From positions 33,170,001 to 33,234,000 of the forward strand of contig OZ024750.1 in assembly GCA_964016885.1 (NCBI GenBank): a stretch of DNA of 64,000 bases, in the 5' to 3' direction. Origin of the DNA: Eledone cirrhosa (taxonomy: Eukaryota). Below the pieces are notes generated by a model. That model worked only from the letters and a program-made list of their open reading frames with translations, did no database searches and was not told where the DNA came from. Position numbers and translations under genes: made by a program. Below, piece by piece: positions 29,671 through 43,865 of this stretch (the stretch's first letter is position 1; the number at the start of each line of letters is the position of its first letter).

Positions 29671-30532
29671 CAGTCTTATTAACAATGATAGGTTTCTTTT
29701 ATACACCTGAACGTAAACGCTAAGTAAATTGGAATTCCTTTTGTCATTTGTAAATCGTTTTCTGCTACATAGATCTTATCATAGTCCTACGGAAATATAA
29801 TTAAATATTGAAAATATTTAAGCAACCAATTAAGTTCTTAGATTTATACGGACTTACATGTTATATAAGTTATAAACCCTAATGCGTTGTGTGTTTAGCT
29901 CCACTGAATATGGCAGTGAGTTCAACTATCTCTGATCTTTTCCCATTTATCTGTGGGAGGTCGAGTAAAAGAAACTGTACGAAGAAATAAATATTATTCA
30001 TATCTGAAAATGATTATTTATAGATTTCTTTTCAAATGCAGAAACGAACTCCAGTTTTTCTCTGGTCTACAATTGAACGTAAATCTGTAATCACAATTTT
30101 GAAGAAACTTGCTTTAGGCATGTAGTTGTTATTGTCAAGCGTGACTTTCATTGAAACTAGTGTGTTAAGAGAATAGTAAAACCACAAAATGAATTCATTT
30201 GATTATATAAGTCCGTCTGTATATCTTCTGAGATCCGATCAAAACACGCAAATACCAGCTTTAGCTTCCAGCATTCTTTGATCAATTAAATAATTGTTCA
30301 TACTCTCAAAGGATCAAATCAGTTTATTATGGCCAACATATAAAAGCATTGGCTTTGTAGCGGACACGTTAAAATTAACAAAATATCTACAGTTACCTTA
30401 TCAATAGTGAAAGGATGAAAACTAGAGCTCTTGCAGTTTACGTATATCATATCAAACCATTTAAATTGTTTGAAGAAAAGACTCACTTGAATGTACCGAT
30501 CCAATTTAAATCGGTATTGGTGATGTTTATGT

Positions 30533-30549
30533 TGAGGAGGAGGAGGAGG

Positions 30550-30639
<90 letters not shown>

Positions 30640-30715
30640 GTCGTCGTCGTCGTCGTCGTCGTTGTCTTCGTCGTCATCATCATCATCATCATCATCATCA
30701 TCTTCTACTACTACA
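30533..30715. repeat. Compound trinucleotide repeat (GGA)n(GAT)n(GTC)n(ATC)n
   Basis: Direct inspection. Confidence 0.95.
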
Positions 30716-31159
30716 ACAAACTGACAGCTGAAGTTATATAGGTGATCATTATAACAGTGAAAGTCAGAAATATGATAACGAGCATATATGTTTATCAACC
30801 GATGAGTTATATTTAACCATCCTGATCCAGTCAGGTGGACTAGTCAAAACTGGTGCAGTTATGTGGGGGAGCTTGTCCTTCCTGATAAAGTCATGTGGAC
30901 CAGTCCAATCTGATAACGAGATGGAGGGAGCTAGCCATCCTGATAATGTCATGTGGACTAGTTCACCGTGGTACTGTCATGTAGTCTAATGCGCCGTGGT
31001 ACAGTCATGTGGACTAATCCACCCTAATATTGTTGTGAAATGGACCACTCCACTGTGGTACAATCATGCGATATTGGTATTACGAGAAGTTAGTTTAATT
31101 TCTTCAAGGGTAAGTCTTGTCGAATGCCATAATCAATTTGAATATTTCTAGACGTTTTG

Positions 31160-32250
31160 AATATTTTGAATCGGCACTAGGCTACAATATACAACGAAAA
31201 TGTTTTTAATATTTTGACTTGGCACTAGAGTACGTTATACAACGAAAATGTTTTTAATATTTTGACTTGGCACTAGAGTACGTTATACAGCGAACATGTT
31301 TTAAATATTTTGACTTGGCACTAGAGTACGTTATACAACGAAAATGTTTTTAATATTTTGACTTGGCACTAGAGTACGTTATACAACGAACATGTTTTTA
31401 ATATTTTGACTTGGCACTAGAGTACGTTATACAGCGAACATGTTTTAAATATTTTGACTTGACACTAGAGTACGTTATACAGCGAAAGTGTTTTAAATAT
31501 TTTGACTTGGCACTAGGGTACGTTATACAACGAACATGTTTTAAATATTTTGACTTGGCACTAGAGTACGTTATACAGCGAAAGTGTTCTAAATATTTTG
31601 ACTTGGCACAAGGGTACGTTATACAACGAACATGTTTTTAATATTTTGACTTGGCACTAGAGTACGTTATACAACGAACATGTTTTAAATATTTTGACTT
31701 GGCACTAGAGTACGTTATACAACGAACATGTTTTTAATATTTTGACTTGGCACTAGAGTACGTTATACAACGAACATGTTTTAAATATTTTGACTTGGCA
31801 CTAGAGTACGTTATACAGCGAACATGTTTTAAATATTTTGACTTGACACTAGAGTACGTTATACAGCGAAAGTGTTTTAAATATTTTGACTTGGCACTAG
31901 GGTACGTTATACAACGAACATGTTTTAAATATTTTGACTTGGCACTAGAGTACATTATACAGCGAAAGTGTTTTAAATATTTTGACTTGGCACTAGGGTA
32001 CGTTATACAACGAACATGTTTTAAATATTTTGACTTGGCACTAGAGTACGTTATACAGCGAACATGTTTTAAATATTTTGACTTGACACTAGAGTACGTT
32101 ATACAGCGAAAGTGTTTTAAATATTTTGACTTGGCACTAGGGTACGTTATACAACGAACATGTTTTAAATATTTTGACTTGGCACTAGAGTACGTTATAC
32201 AGCGAACATGTTTTAAATATTTCGATTTGTCACTAGAGTATGTTATACAG
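31160..32250. repeat. 48-bp minisatellite, ~22-23 units
   Basis: Unit AATATTTTGACTTGGCACTAGAGTACGTTATACAACGAACATGTTTTA, seen as a 16-aa periodic ORF. Confidence 0.95.
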
Positions 32251-34711
32251 GGAAGTATGCGATTGAATGGCCTATGGGAGGTGTGTCTTGTGGTAGATAT
32301 TTTCTAGATTCGTAATATTTAAAGATAAAACCAGTTTAGTAGAATTTGAACTCATAATATACTTTACACAGCTTACATTGTAAGGACTTCTGTCCGTCTC
32401 TCTAGCAGTATCAATCCTATTCTCTCTAATCGATTATGGTAAAATAAAAGTCATATGATATATACTATTAACAGCAGAGATAGATTCTAACAGAAAAAAA
32501 AATGGAGCAAAAGAAATTACATCTTTATTGTGATGTATAATAGCGTATCAGCCCATCAACTATTGTGTGGAGATAATAATACCCAAAATTTCTCATTCAA
32601 TTATGATTGGCTTGGTTGAACTGAAAATTGTTCTTTTATTATCATTCACCGTTTTTCATGAAATATATTCAGAGTTGGATAATATCCTTCCTTCTTTTCG
32701 CATATTCCCCAGCTCCTTATACCTGTCGGAAGTGGTTTTACTTATTCCAGTTCTCTAGTGACATTTCCGATAACCAGTTAACGATTTTGTTCGTTTATTA
32801 ATTTCTTTAATGGGGTATCCAGTTAAAAACGGATGCGCAATCCATGTGTTGTTGAATACATAGAATGCAGCCTTACATTTACTACTTTTAGTGGATACAT
32901 AGAAATCAGTCATATATTTAGTGAAATCCAATTAGACCTAATTTTAATGCCTATTCTGTCAATAAATTGGACGTGTTCTTGTAATAATATAATGTCTCAA
33001 TGAAGTATATGCCACAATTCTCTCGGTTTTCTCTCTTTTCTAGAGCTCTATTTAAACAACTTTTACTTATTCTGCATAGAAATTGAAATGGAACGATTCA
33101 GACTAAATGACGAAATCGTCCGATTCGGACAATAGGCGCTAAATAAATTAGCATTGGTTCAAATTAATATTCTCTTGGCCGGTAAAGTTGCTTTGTTCGA
33201 TTTTTATGATAACATAGTTCTGGTAGAATCAAATAGTCCCCATCCAATTCTGTATAATAGGGTTATTACCATTGAAGTGTGATTCAAGTTGGTAGGATGC
33301 TATTTTAACGGCGAATTGGCAGAATTGTTATAACATCGGATAGAATGTTTTGCGGTATTTGTTTCAGTTCTCTGCTCCCTGTGTTCAAATCCTTTGCCTT
33401 TCATCCTTTCGGGATCGACAAAAGGAAGTACCAGTCTAGTACTGGTATCTCTTTGTTACTTCCATTCTCTCACGATCTCTCAATCCTTCTCTGGTAGAAA
33501 TATGCTGTATTCATACCTGGAGAGGGATTGGATCTGCCAGACAGAACCCAAAATATTGTAGGGGTTCTGGTGACTGTTGAGAGGGAACAGGGTAGCTCTA
33601 ACAGGGTAGCTCTAGCACGTAGACCAGGTCTGAATGTTTGTAACAGAGTGGTATCGATTAAAAGTGGTCAGAGGGTGTTCTTAAAGAGAACGGCGGATTA
33701 TATCTAAAATTCTTGATCGATGTGCAATATGCTATATTATAGATTTAGTTGGAAGTTTTCAAACCTTGAAATTATATTATCTAAACCATTTTCCAATATA
33801 TATTTAGCATGTCTTGAATAGATGAATATTTCAAAACATGTTTTGATTATATTTTGTTTAGTTCTTATAATTATTCCTTTAATACATACACATAATCATC
33901 TATATGTAGTCACACTGTTGAACGTTACAATTCAAATCCTGTGGTCGACAAAATAAAGTACCAGTAATACACTGGGGTAATTGCTGTGCCAAAAGTAGAA
34001 ACAATTATAGCTAAGTCAATATATATTCTTTCTTTTTCTTCTTTTTTTCTTCTTTTTTTTTCTTTTTCTTCTTTTTCTTCTTCTCCCACTACATTCTTCT
34101 TCTTCTTCTTCTTCTTCTTCTTCTTCTTCTTCTTCTTCTTCTTCTTCTTCTTCTTCTTCTTCTTCTTCTACTTCTTCTTTTTCTTCTGTGTTTGTTTGTC
34201 ATGATATTGTACAGAAAGTCAATCAATTCCAAGGAATATCGAAGTATCACAATATATTTTCACGATTGAAATCTAATTTCTTTCAAAATTAGATGTAATG
34301 CAATAATATCAAGAAATATGAATCTAACATCAGTTTTAGAGCTTCAATAATGTCAGGAAATCATTTCCGCCCAGGAAGATTTCATTCCAAGCCATGACTA
34401 AGGCTTAGAAAACAGTATCACACATACCTCCTAGTCAGAGAATGTATCTATGACAGTGATATTAATCAGGGGCTTTTGAAACAAGTCTCTTATACATAAT
34501 ATAGTATGATTATCAGTTTAAATGTATCGATTGTAAAGCGAAGATTATTTCTCTACACAATAGAGCCACATTACATACATATGGAAACCTGAGAGATTCT
34601 TAAATACTTCTTACAATATACTCACTTCTATTGATTTGTTAATGATGTTCCTTGAAGCTTAATTTCATTGGTGTACAGAAACATACACACACGCGCACAC
34701 ACACACACACC

Positions 34712-34776
<65 letters not shown>

Positions 34777-34822
34777 CATATACTTTATAAATAACATTCA
34801 AAGATTCTTTAAAACATTTAAT

Positions 34823-34868
34823 CACTTACGATCGTTTCATCCTAGCACAAGGCCGTTTCATCAGAGTA
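34823..34868 (-). ncRNA. Minimal type-I hammerhead ribozyme (family I)
   Basis: Minus strand TACT-CTGATGA-AACGG.CCT/TGTGCT/AGG.AT-GAAA-CGATCG-TA-AGTG. Palindromic ACGATCGT stem III, GUA site. Stem II is imperfect. Lies next to (TA)n. Confidence 0.6.
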
Positions 34869-35031
34869 TATAATAAAGGTTGAAACACAAATATATCAAA
34901 AGTTTGTCATAAGAACATTAGGAAGATACATAATATGGGAAGTAAGCATAAGTATCAACATTTATGTGAAAAAAGATAACAAAGGCGGAAGAAGCATATG
35001 AAAAATATGCGCATATAAATGCAATAATTTG

Positions 35032-35632
35032 ATGCCTGATTGTAGATGTAGCCTGTCCCTTTGACACAAGTGAGCAAGAAAAGGAGACGGAGAAAATTAA
35101 CAGATACCAGGATTTAAAGTTGGAATTTAAAAGGTATGAGCATAAGCCAGTGTCGGTGATAGAAAACGATCAGGTGAAGGTGCTGTGGGATTTTAGGATA
35201 CAGACGAACAAGAAACTGGAACACAATAGACCTGACCTGGTGGTTGTGGACAAAGAAAAAAGATCGTGCCTGATTGTGGATGTGGCCTGCCCATTCGACA
35301 CAAGAGTGCAAGAGAAGGAGAGGGAGAAAATTAACCGATACCAGGACTTAAAGTGGGAGGTAAAAAGGATTTGGAACTGCCATGAAGTCAAAGTGATCCC
35401 GATTGTCATAGGCGCACTAGGGACTATCTCAAAAAGTTTCCAGGGATGGTTAAAGAAAATTGGCCCCTTCACGCTTTTTGGAACGCTTCAAAAGGCATGC
35501 TTGCTGGGAACAGCAAGAACCCTCCGATACGTCCTGAATATCTGAGGCTGCAGGTAGTGGCTTGATATTCATTTCAACAAACTTTCCAGTTAACTAACAT
35601 CAATGACTGAGACTCAAAGAATAAGAATAATG
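35032..35632 (+). mobile_element. Dong/R4-type (RLE endonuclease) non-LTR retrotransposon, 3' fragment
   Basis: ORF 35120-35545: LWDFRIQT..HNRPDLVVVD..IVDVACP..EKINRYQDL..IPIVIGALG..LQKACLLGTAR (PD..D restriction-like endonuclease). Short 3' UTR ending AATAAGAATAAT. Confidence 0.9.
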
Positions 35633-36590
35633 CTTTCTTTATTAACCACAAGGATTTACACAAAGTAGACATTAAGGACAGTACAGAACAATACAGGACG
35701 GTACAAATGGGCATTTCTGCGTGTAAAAGAAACCCCTCTGCGTGTAAAAGTGTCCTCTCCCAGTTCTCCACCTTTAATTTACAGGCATATACTCAGAGTA
35801 GGTCCATTTACTCGGGCCATTCTTGCCTTTCTCACCCATCTAGAAACAAAAAGCTGGGACGAGAGCACTTCCCTCTCTACCCTGATTTTCCTTTTCAAAT
35901 AAAATTGGAAAAAGTTAATCAGGGCATCAACGAAGAGGTAAGTGCTCGTCTTCAGCCCTTTCAGACGCGTCCACCATACTATCTCTTTCGCCATGGCCAC
36001 CAGACAGATAAAAACTGCCTTCCCTTCCCGGCTAAAGGAAGAGGGCGGTGCAATCCACACGATAGACTCGTCGGGTCCGTTCTACACACAACAGCAGGTG
36101 TTCGACATAAACCCACAAGTCAGCAATGCTCGAACACTGGACGAGTGCATGCAGGACGGTTTCGTCGCCCTGTGCGCATCTCGGGAATGCCCGGCTGACG
36201 GTACCTCCATGCCTGTAGAGTTTATCCCGAACTGGCAAAGCTCCTCGGTAGCACTGCCAGGCCAGGGATTTTGGGAAGTTGTCCATAGGCCCCAGCCCGA
36301 AAGTTCTTCCAAAGAGATTGGCTAGTTTATTTTCGTCGACGCCTAGAGTTTCCCCAAGTACGTCGTCGCTCCCCCCCCCCCCACTAATCCTCTATAGAAC
36401 GCCAAGGTGGAGTTTCCACCGATCACATTGCCCGATTGGTCGAGAGTTGTGAGCGCCTGAAGACATTCAAGTCTCCAAGCGCTCCCTCTCGGTCTTCGCT
36501 TGACCCAAGACTGCAGCTCCGTCAAGGAGACGAGCTAGAGAAAGGCGTGTCTAGCAAACGGCGACCACACCTGATCACCGATAATAATCT
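35630..36590 (-). mobile_element. Tx1/L1-clade LINE ORF2 3' fragment
   Basis: AWQCYRGALPVRDKL..PRCAQGDETVLHALVQC..LW (CCHC zf-RVT-like) and AKEIVWWTR. AATAAA near 35637-35642 on the minus strand. Confidence 0.8.
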
Positions 36591-37278
36591 TCCCAAATAG
36601 AAATATCACAATACTTTTCAGATGATTATATGTAAAATCTAACAAGAATATAAAGGAGAATTTAAATATTCTTAACGTATTATTTACATTATTCGTCTAT
36701 GACATTTTGATATGACTATTAACTTCTGCAGGCGGATTCTATAATCTACACAACTGATATCACTTCCATAGTCTGTTAACATGAATTTCATTCATATCGC
36801 AGTAGCCAGAATATACACAAACTAAATGTAATACGACAATAATATTAAGTTGCTTTTTTTAAATATTCCTGAAATATAAATCCTCACTTTCGATGTTAAA
36901 TGTTAGTTACTTTTGTTAATGTTAAATGACATCAGTTCATAACATGTATGGAGGCAGTTAACGTATCTCTTTCCAAGAACACATCAGTGATAGTTGCAAA
37001 CACATATATACATGTACGTGTGGTATTTTCTTTCTAAATCGCTACTCTTTTAGACACGAAATACTCATGTGAATTATATATGGTCTATCTATCTATAGAG
37101 CAAGAGTTCGGACCTATTTTAGAAATCAATAGGAAATTTGTAAAATAAACTCCTAACTTACTAAATTTTATTGTCATTCAATCTTTCTATTTTAAAAGCA
37201 TTTTCTATTCTACATTTTTGAAAATAAATTCTGTTCTACTTTGATGTTGTGAAGAAATGTTTTCTACGTATGAGACGT

Positions 37279-38995
37279 CGGTCTCAGGATTGACTGGATG
37301 ACACCTTCTATCTTTGTGCACGACACTTCGTTATATATTCCACCGGCCGGTCTCAGGATTGACTAGATGACACCTTCTATCTTTGTGCACGACACTTCGT
37401 TATATATTCCACCAGCCGGTCTCGGGATTAACTGGATGACACCTTCTATCTTTGTGCACGACACTTCGTTATATATTCCACCAACCGGTCTCAGGATTGA
37501 CTGGATGACACCTTCTATCTTTGTGCACGACACTTCGTTATATATTCCACCAACCGGTCTCAGGATTGACTGGATGAAACCTTCTATCTTTGTGCACGAC
37601 ACTTCGTTATATATTCCACCAACCGGTCTCAGGATTAACTGGATGACACCTTCTATCTTTGTGCACGACACTTCGTTATATATTCCACCAACCGGTCTCA
37701 GGTTTGACTGGATGACACCTTCTATCTTTGTGCACGACACTTCGTTATATATTCCACCAACCGGTCTCAGGATTGACTAGATGACACCTTCTATCTTTGT
37801 GCACGACACTTCGTTATATATTCCACGAACCGGTCTCAGGATTGACTGGATGACACCTTCTATCTTTGTGCACGACACTTCGTTATATATTCCACCAACC
37901 GGTCTCAGGATTGACTGGATGACACCTTCTATCTTTGTGCACGACACTTCGTTATATATTCCACCAACCGGTCTCAGGATTGACTGGATGACACCTTCTA
38001 TCTTTGTGCACGACACTTCGTTATATATTCCACCAACCGGTCTCAGGATTGACTGGATGACACCTTCTATCTTTGTGCACGACACTTCGTTATATATTCC
38101 ACCAACCGGTCTCAGGATTGACTGGATGACACCTTCTATCTTTGTGCACGACACTTCGTTATATATTCCACCAACCGGTCTCAGGATTGACTGGATGACA
38201 CCTTCTATCTTTGTGCACGACACTTCGTTATATATTCCACCAACCGGTCTCAGGATTGACTAGATGACACCTTCTATCTTTGTGCACGACACTTCGTTAT
38301 ATATTCCACGAACCGGTCTCAGGATTGACTGGATGACACCTTCTATCTTTGTGCACGACACTTCGTTATATATTCCACCAACCGGTCTCAGGATTGACTG
38401 GATGACACCTTCTATCTTTGTGCACGACACTTCGTTATATATTCCACCAACCGGTCTCAGGATTGACTGGATGACACCTTCTATCTTTGTGCACGACACT
38501 TCGTTATATACTCCACCAGCCGGTCTCAGGATTAACTGGATGACACCTTCTATCTTTGTGCACGACACTTCGTTATATATTCCACCAGCCGATCTCAGGA
38601 TTAACTGGATGACACCTTCTATCTTTGTGCACGACACTTCGTTATATATTCCACCAACCGGTCTCAGGATTGACTAGATGACACCTTCTATCTTTGTGCA
38701 CGACACTTCGTTATATACTCCACCAGCCGGTCTGAGGATTAACTGGATGACACCTTCTATCTTTGTGCACGACACTTCGTTATATATTCTACCAGCCGGT
38801 CTGAGGATTAACTGGATGACACCTTCTATCTTTGTGCACGACACTTCGTTATATATTCCACCAACCGGTCTCAGGATTAACTGGATGACACCTATCTTTG
38901 TGCACGACACTTCGTTATATATTCCACCAACGGTCTCAGGATTAACTGGATGACACCTTCTATCTTTGTGCACGACACTTCGTTATATGTTCCAG
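37279..38995. repeat. 69-bp minisatellite, ~25 units
   Basis: Unit CGGTCTCAGGATTGACTGGATGACACCTTCTATCTTTGTGCACGACACTTCGTTATATATTCCACCAAC. Head-to-tail with no spacers. Confidence 0.97.
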
Positions 38996-39656
38996 CAGTT
39001 CATTCGGATGAAAATGAACAGGAAGTTAACCTTACGCAGTGCCCGTGAAACAGGTACAAGTTCCGAGATACGTCAATTACTTACGGACCTGGAAAAATGG
39101 TTGTAAGAACTCTAATGCTTTTCTTTATCATATACCCCAGTATTACATACTAGCCATGCGAAGATGTGAACATTTAAAATATTATTACTCTGGCCGTATA
39201 TAACAGATGACAAAAATAACAACAGTTTCCTTTATTAGTTACTGGAAGAAATGTCTTGTATCACTATTCATACGTAAGAACATGAAACAGTAAAATGGAC
39301 AAACCTGTTATTTAAACGATGGAAGGGTGAAAATACGCCATGTTGTATAGTTTGAGATATGTTTAAAAACCCAAAGGAAAATAGAAACACTTGCAATGAT
39401 TATAGAAATTATAGAAAAGAACATAATTAATTAAAGATACAATTAATGAATAAACCCTTAATCTATCTAGGTTGTAATTAGCGGGCAATTAATATCTACT
39501 CTGATGTTTCATATTTTCATCATCTACCTCATATATCAGATCCATTGGGACCATATATTTTATCACCGCGTGGAAACTCATTCTAAAAAGGAACCCGTGC
39601 GTAGTCCTGCAATTTGTTACTGTCTTTAGAATTGTTGTCGTGTATTATACTATAAA

Positions 39657-39780
39657 CTAGCTGGACCCGTGCCGCCAAAAATGACGGCTAAAGGGTAGAT
39701 GTGTATTTGTATATACCTTTCAACGGCGATCTTTTTCTATTCTTGATAATTCTAATTTATTTTGATATTGCTAGGGACTT
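39657..39780 (-). mobile_element. Helitron-type 3' end
   Basis: Minus strand GCCGTCATTTTTGGCGGC hairpin followed by ACGGGTCCAG-CTAG-T. 5' extent unclear. Confidence 0.5.
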
Positions 39781-40098
39781 GGCTCCCTGGACAACACATA
39801 CACACATACACTTACAGCATACACGCACACACTCGAACACTCACACACACATACACTCACAAAAGTGTAGCCAATCTAAGACGCTAGTTAAAAATAATTA
39901 TTACATACACACACATCTACATAAACATACACATAAACAGACTCAGAGGAAATAATTATTACATGCACACACTTATGTGTGGGGGTGCGCGCGCGCGCCG
40001 CAAATGTATACATTTATATGTGTGAGTAACACAGTTTACTGAAACATAGATGAGTTGCCTCTCTTTGCGTGACGTACAAAAACACATGAGCATTATAT

Positions 40099-40277
40099 AT
40101 TGTTTGTACTTTAGGCACAAGGCCAGCAAATACCCAGTGCATTACTGGTACTTTATTTTATCGACCCCGAAAGGATGAGAGGTTGACTTTGCTTTTCATC
40201 CTTACGGCGTCGATAAAATAAAGTACCAGTAATGTACTGGGTACTGCTGGCCTTGTGCCTAAAGTAGAAACAATTAT
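40099..40277. mobile_element. Two SINE 3' halves joined head-to-head (fold-back)
   Basis: 40099-40182 (minus-strand SINE tail/core) is a near reverse complement of 40191-40277. Confidence 0.85.
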
Positions 40278-41160
40278 TTAAGAGAAGAGATCCTAATTAC
40301 CCTCATTATTACTGCGTGAGAGATAGTAGTACGACAGGGAAGATCAGTTCTAACTAAATACTAAGATTTGTTTTGTACGAAGACAGCTGCATCACTGGGA
40401 ATACAAAGAAGATTGTAGGAAGCAATTGAAAGGCGCAACATCGTCAACCTCGTCAACCGTTAACAATACAATACAATCTTTTGGATATATCAAAGCAGAA
40501 GGAAATACTTTGGAAGTTTTATCGCTAGCAGTGGTTGAACATATCTTCCCATTCAGATATAGTAATTCACTGGGTAATTGCTGGCCTTGTGCCTAAAGTA
40601 GAAACAATTATATATTAGTAGATCTTGAGTAACAGCCTCGTTTAAAATGTTTCACCTGGTCTGAAACCATTTTTTCCTCGATCTACACCATGCTCATTTC
40701 TCCTTCTTCTGAAGCCACATTCAGTTTCAGGTAGAAGAAACTTCCATATTGCTAGCCTCATTTGCATGAATCCAGTCGATTTCTTTTCTATCTGAGAGTG
40801 GCATGGTTGCAACCGAATACCTACTCTATATTCAGCTAATCGTCTATACATCTCATGTGTGACATACAACCAGGCTGGAGTTATGGCAAACAAAGCAAAG
40901 TGCTACTGGTTTTAATAACATCCTTTTCTTCTATCGTGGACCGAAGGCTTCTGGTGTGTATTTGTGTTTGTATATTTATATTTAATGATACTGTATATAC
41001 AAATATATATATATATATTATATGCATAAACTATATACTGTATATATATATATATATATATGGGTGTGTGTCTGTGTGTGTGCGTGTGCGTATAATGATG
41101 GTGTATATAATATATATACGCAACAGGTGTATATATATATACTAACGTTGATTGTAGTTC

Positions 41161-41248
<88 letters not shown>

Positions 41249-42345
41249 GGGGAGGGAGAGAGAGAGAGACTGAAGGACCTAGGTGAATCTCAGAAAGACA
41301 TTTAAGAGAAATTTATTTTCTTTCTGTTGGATGCCTGAATTTATAAATTCAAAATAATGGGTCTGACAAGTGAACCTATTCAACGTTCTACCCCCAACGT
41401 CGACGATTATATCTAGCTCCCTCTCTATTTCTCATATTAAGGCAAACACTGCAACTAAAGTGATTATAGTTCATACGACGACTATTTGATGTTGTGACTC
41501 TCTTGCACTCACTCACTTTAAATTTGATATAATTACATCTTCAAGAAGATCCCTCACAATCATTTGCCTTCGACCAACATAACCTTGGCCATGAGAAGCT
41601 GATGTCAACAGACGATGGTGTTCAATGACTGTGTCGTTAAAATCGCACATTTAATGCTGTGCTTTTCTTGCCCTCTCTCACTATAAATGTGTTTTTTTAA
41701 ACCGCGACTTTACATTCAAAAGAAAAAAAACCATCATCTAAGATCTTTGCACTGCCTTGATATCTTTCATGTCATTATTTCTTAGATCTTATTTAAATTT
41801 TGTTCTACTAAAATATAAAAACATAAACTAGCACGCACGGCTGTTATTTTCTCCTTTACCTTTCTTCACAAAGAAGATTTTAATGTACTAACCAACCAAT
41901 TGCATTTAATCTTTATTGAATAATCAACTTCTATACTTTGCCTTCAGTTCTCGGTAGTTCAATAAATGGTTGATAGGGTAACATATTTTATTAGTGGTGA
42001 CTTTAGAGGTAAAGAAAGAACAAGAGAAGAAATACATTTGCCACTGTTCGCCATGGAGATTAGAAAACTGATACAACAATGGTGCCAAAAAAAAAAAAGT
42101 GGAATTCTTTATATATATATATAGTGGTAGAACATTGTTCTCGGTATGGTGAACTAACTGTTTGTTAACCACTTCTATATATATATATATATGAATTAGA
42201 ACCCTGTAACCATTAAGCTCTAAGTATAAAGTACAAATAAATACTGAGCCGAATAACAATATATAGTAAGAAACACAGTAAACCGTGTGTCTAAAATTAC
42301 AAGGGTTGTATATATATATACTCTCTCTCTCTCTCCCACTCTCTT

Positions 42346-42405
<60 letters not shown>

Positions 42406-42420
42406 AATTTTAATATAGAA

Positions 42421-42473
42421 AAGCTTCTACTGGACTAGGACTGTTTCATTCGTGATAAATCATCAGGAAGCTT
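42421..42473 (-). ncRNA. Atypical hammerhead-like motif, family D
   Basis: Minus strand AAGCTTC-CTGATGA-short weak stem II-GAAA-C..GTC-CAGTA-GAAGCTT. Stem I needs a 5-nt bulge. Part of a small fold-back at 42448-42500. Confidence 0.35.
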
Positions 42474-43227
42474 CTGCTTCCTGATAATTTCTCACGAATA
42501 TACATATATATATATATACACATATACACTCACCCGCATATACAAACATACAGCAACGCGTACACATACCCTACGATAATCCATATATATATATATATAA
42601 ATATATATATATACATACATATGCATACACATATACACACATATACATATATATACATATATACATATATAAATATACAAATACACACAATTGATCACAC
42701 ACCTCGTCGGGATTTGACACGATCTCATCTCACACCATCAGACCCGTTCCATCCACACACAAACACACACACACATACACGAACTCTACACACACGTGTA
42801 CACTTTACTCCAACACACACACAATGGTTTTTTTCAAAACCCACAATCACATACACTCGCTTTCTCCCGACTCTCACACATACACGCACACACTTACATC
42901 TAGACACACACATACACACACCTACACACACACCTTACCTTCCACCATCCCACTCGGACCCCTCCCTCTCCGTTCCCCTCCACGCACCCCTTACGCACTA
43001 CCACACCCTTGCCTTCCCGGACCCATGCACCCCTCTCACTTTTTAATATTCTATTGTTTTTTAATTCTGTTTTCTTTATATATTCCGTTTAATTCTGTTT
43101 CTATTTATTTTGACTTCATGTTTTATATTTATTCTTATTTTTATTTTACCCGTCCTTATTTTTGTTTTCCCCCCTCACACCCTCTAGGGGCCCCACCCCC
43201 ACCCCCACCCCCACACACATTCTGTTG

Positions 43228-43350
43228 ACGTTTCTGAGTTCAAATCCCGCCAGGTGAACTTTGCTTTTCATGCTTACGGGGTCGATAAAATAAAGTACCA
43301 GTAATACACGGAGATAATTGCTGGCCTTGTGCCAAAGTAAAAACAATTAT
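43228..43350 (+). mobile_element. SINE family 1, 5'-truncated
   Basis: B box, core and tail. Confidence 0.85.
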
Positions 43351-43865
43351 TATATAGATTACTATTACTTATAAAACTGTATTCTAACACAATACCAGAA
43401 ACGAAATGTACCTAATCTATAATTTATAACCACAAATACGATAATAATTTTGACTGTAACAGATCAGGAGTTAGATATTGGTCTTATGTTTAAGATATTA
43501 TTCTTTTATTTTTCAAATAATATCATACAAAAATACAAATAAAGAAGATGATTTTCTGAAGAAGAAAAACACCGTTTCTAACATAACCAAAAAGCGTCTG
43601 ATATTGGAATAGACTAAAAAATATAAGAGATATTATGAATAAATATAAATATTGAAATGTGTTCCTCTTCTCTAGTTCTCATACTATATATTTTATATCT
43701 ATGTTTACAGTAAAACTCATAAATAAGGTTGTAAAGTTGTCACTAGAAATATTGTTTTATCAATGTAGTTTGAATAATTAATATCTCACTTGACATTTAC
43801 ATTTGAAATTTATGTGTATGCGTATGTTGTGTGTGTGTGAGTACGTGGGTGATCGGGTGTGTGTT

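Noticed and set aside
31160-32307. Periodic 16-aa ORFs as a real protein
   Set aside because: They are a by-product of a 48-bp minisatellite with stop-containing units and no splice or start context.
37279-38995. CRISPR array or repeat-protein CDS
   Set aside because: Units are contiguous with no unique spacers, the context is eukaryotic, and recurrent stops and indels break the frames.
40290-40560. ~80-codon open frame as a host exon
   Set aside because: It more likely represents a decayed RTE C-terminal region (..QSFGYIKAEGNTLE..), too degraded to call firmly.
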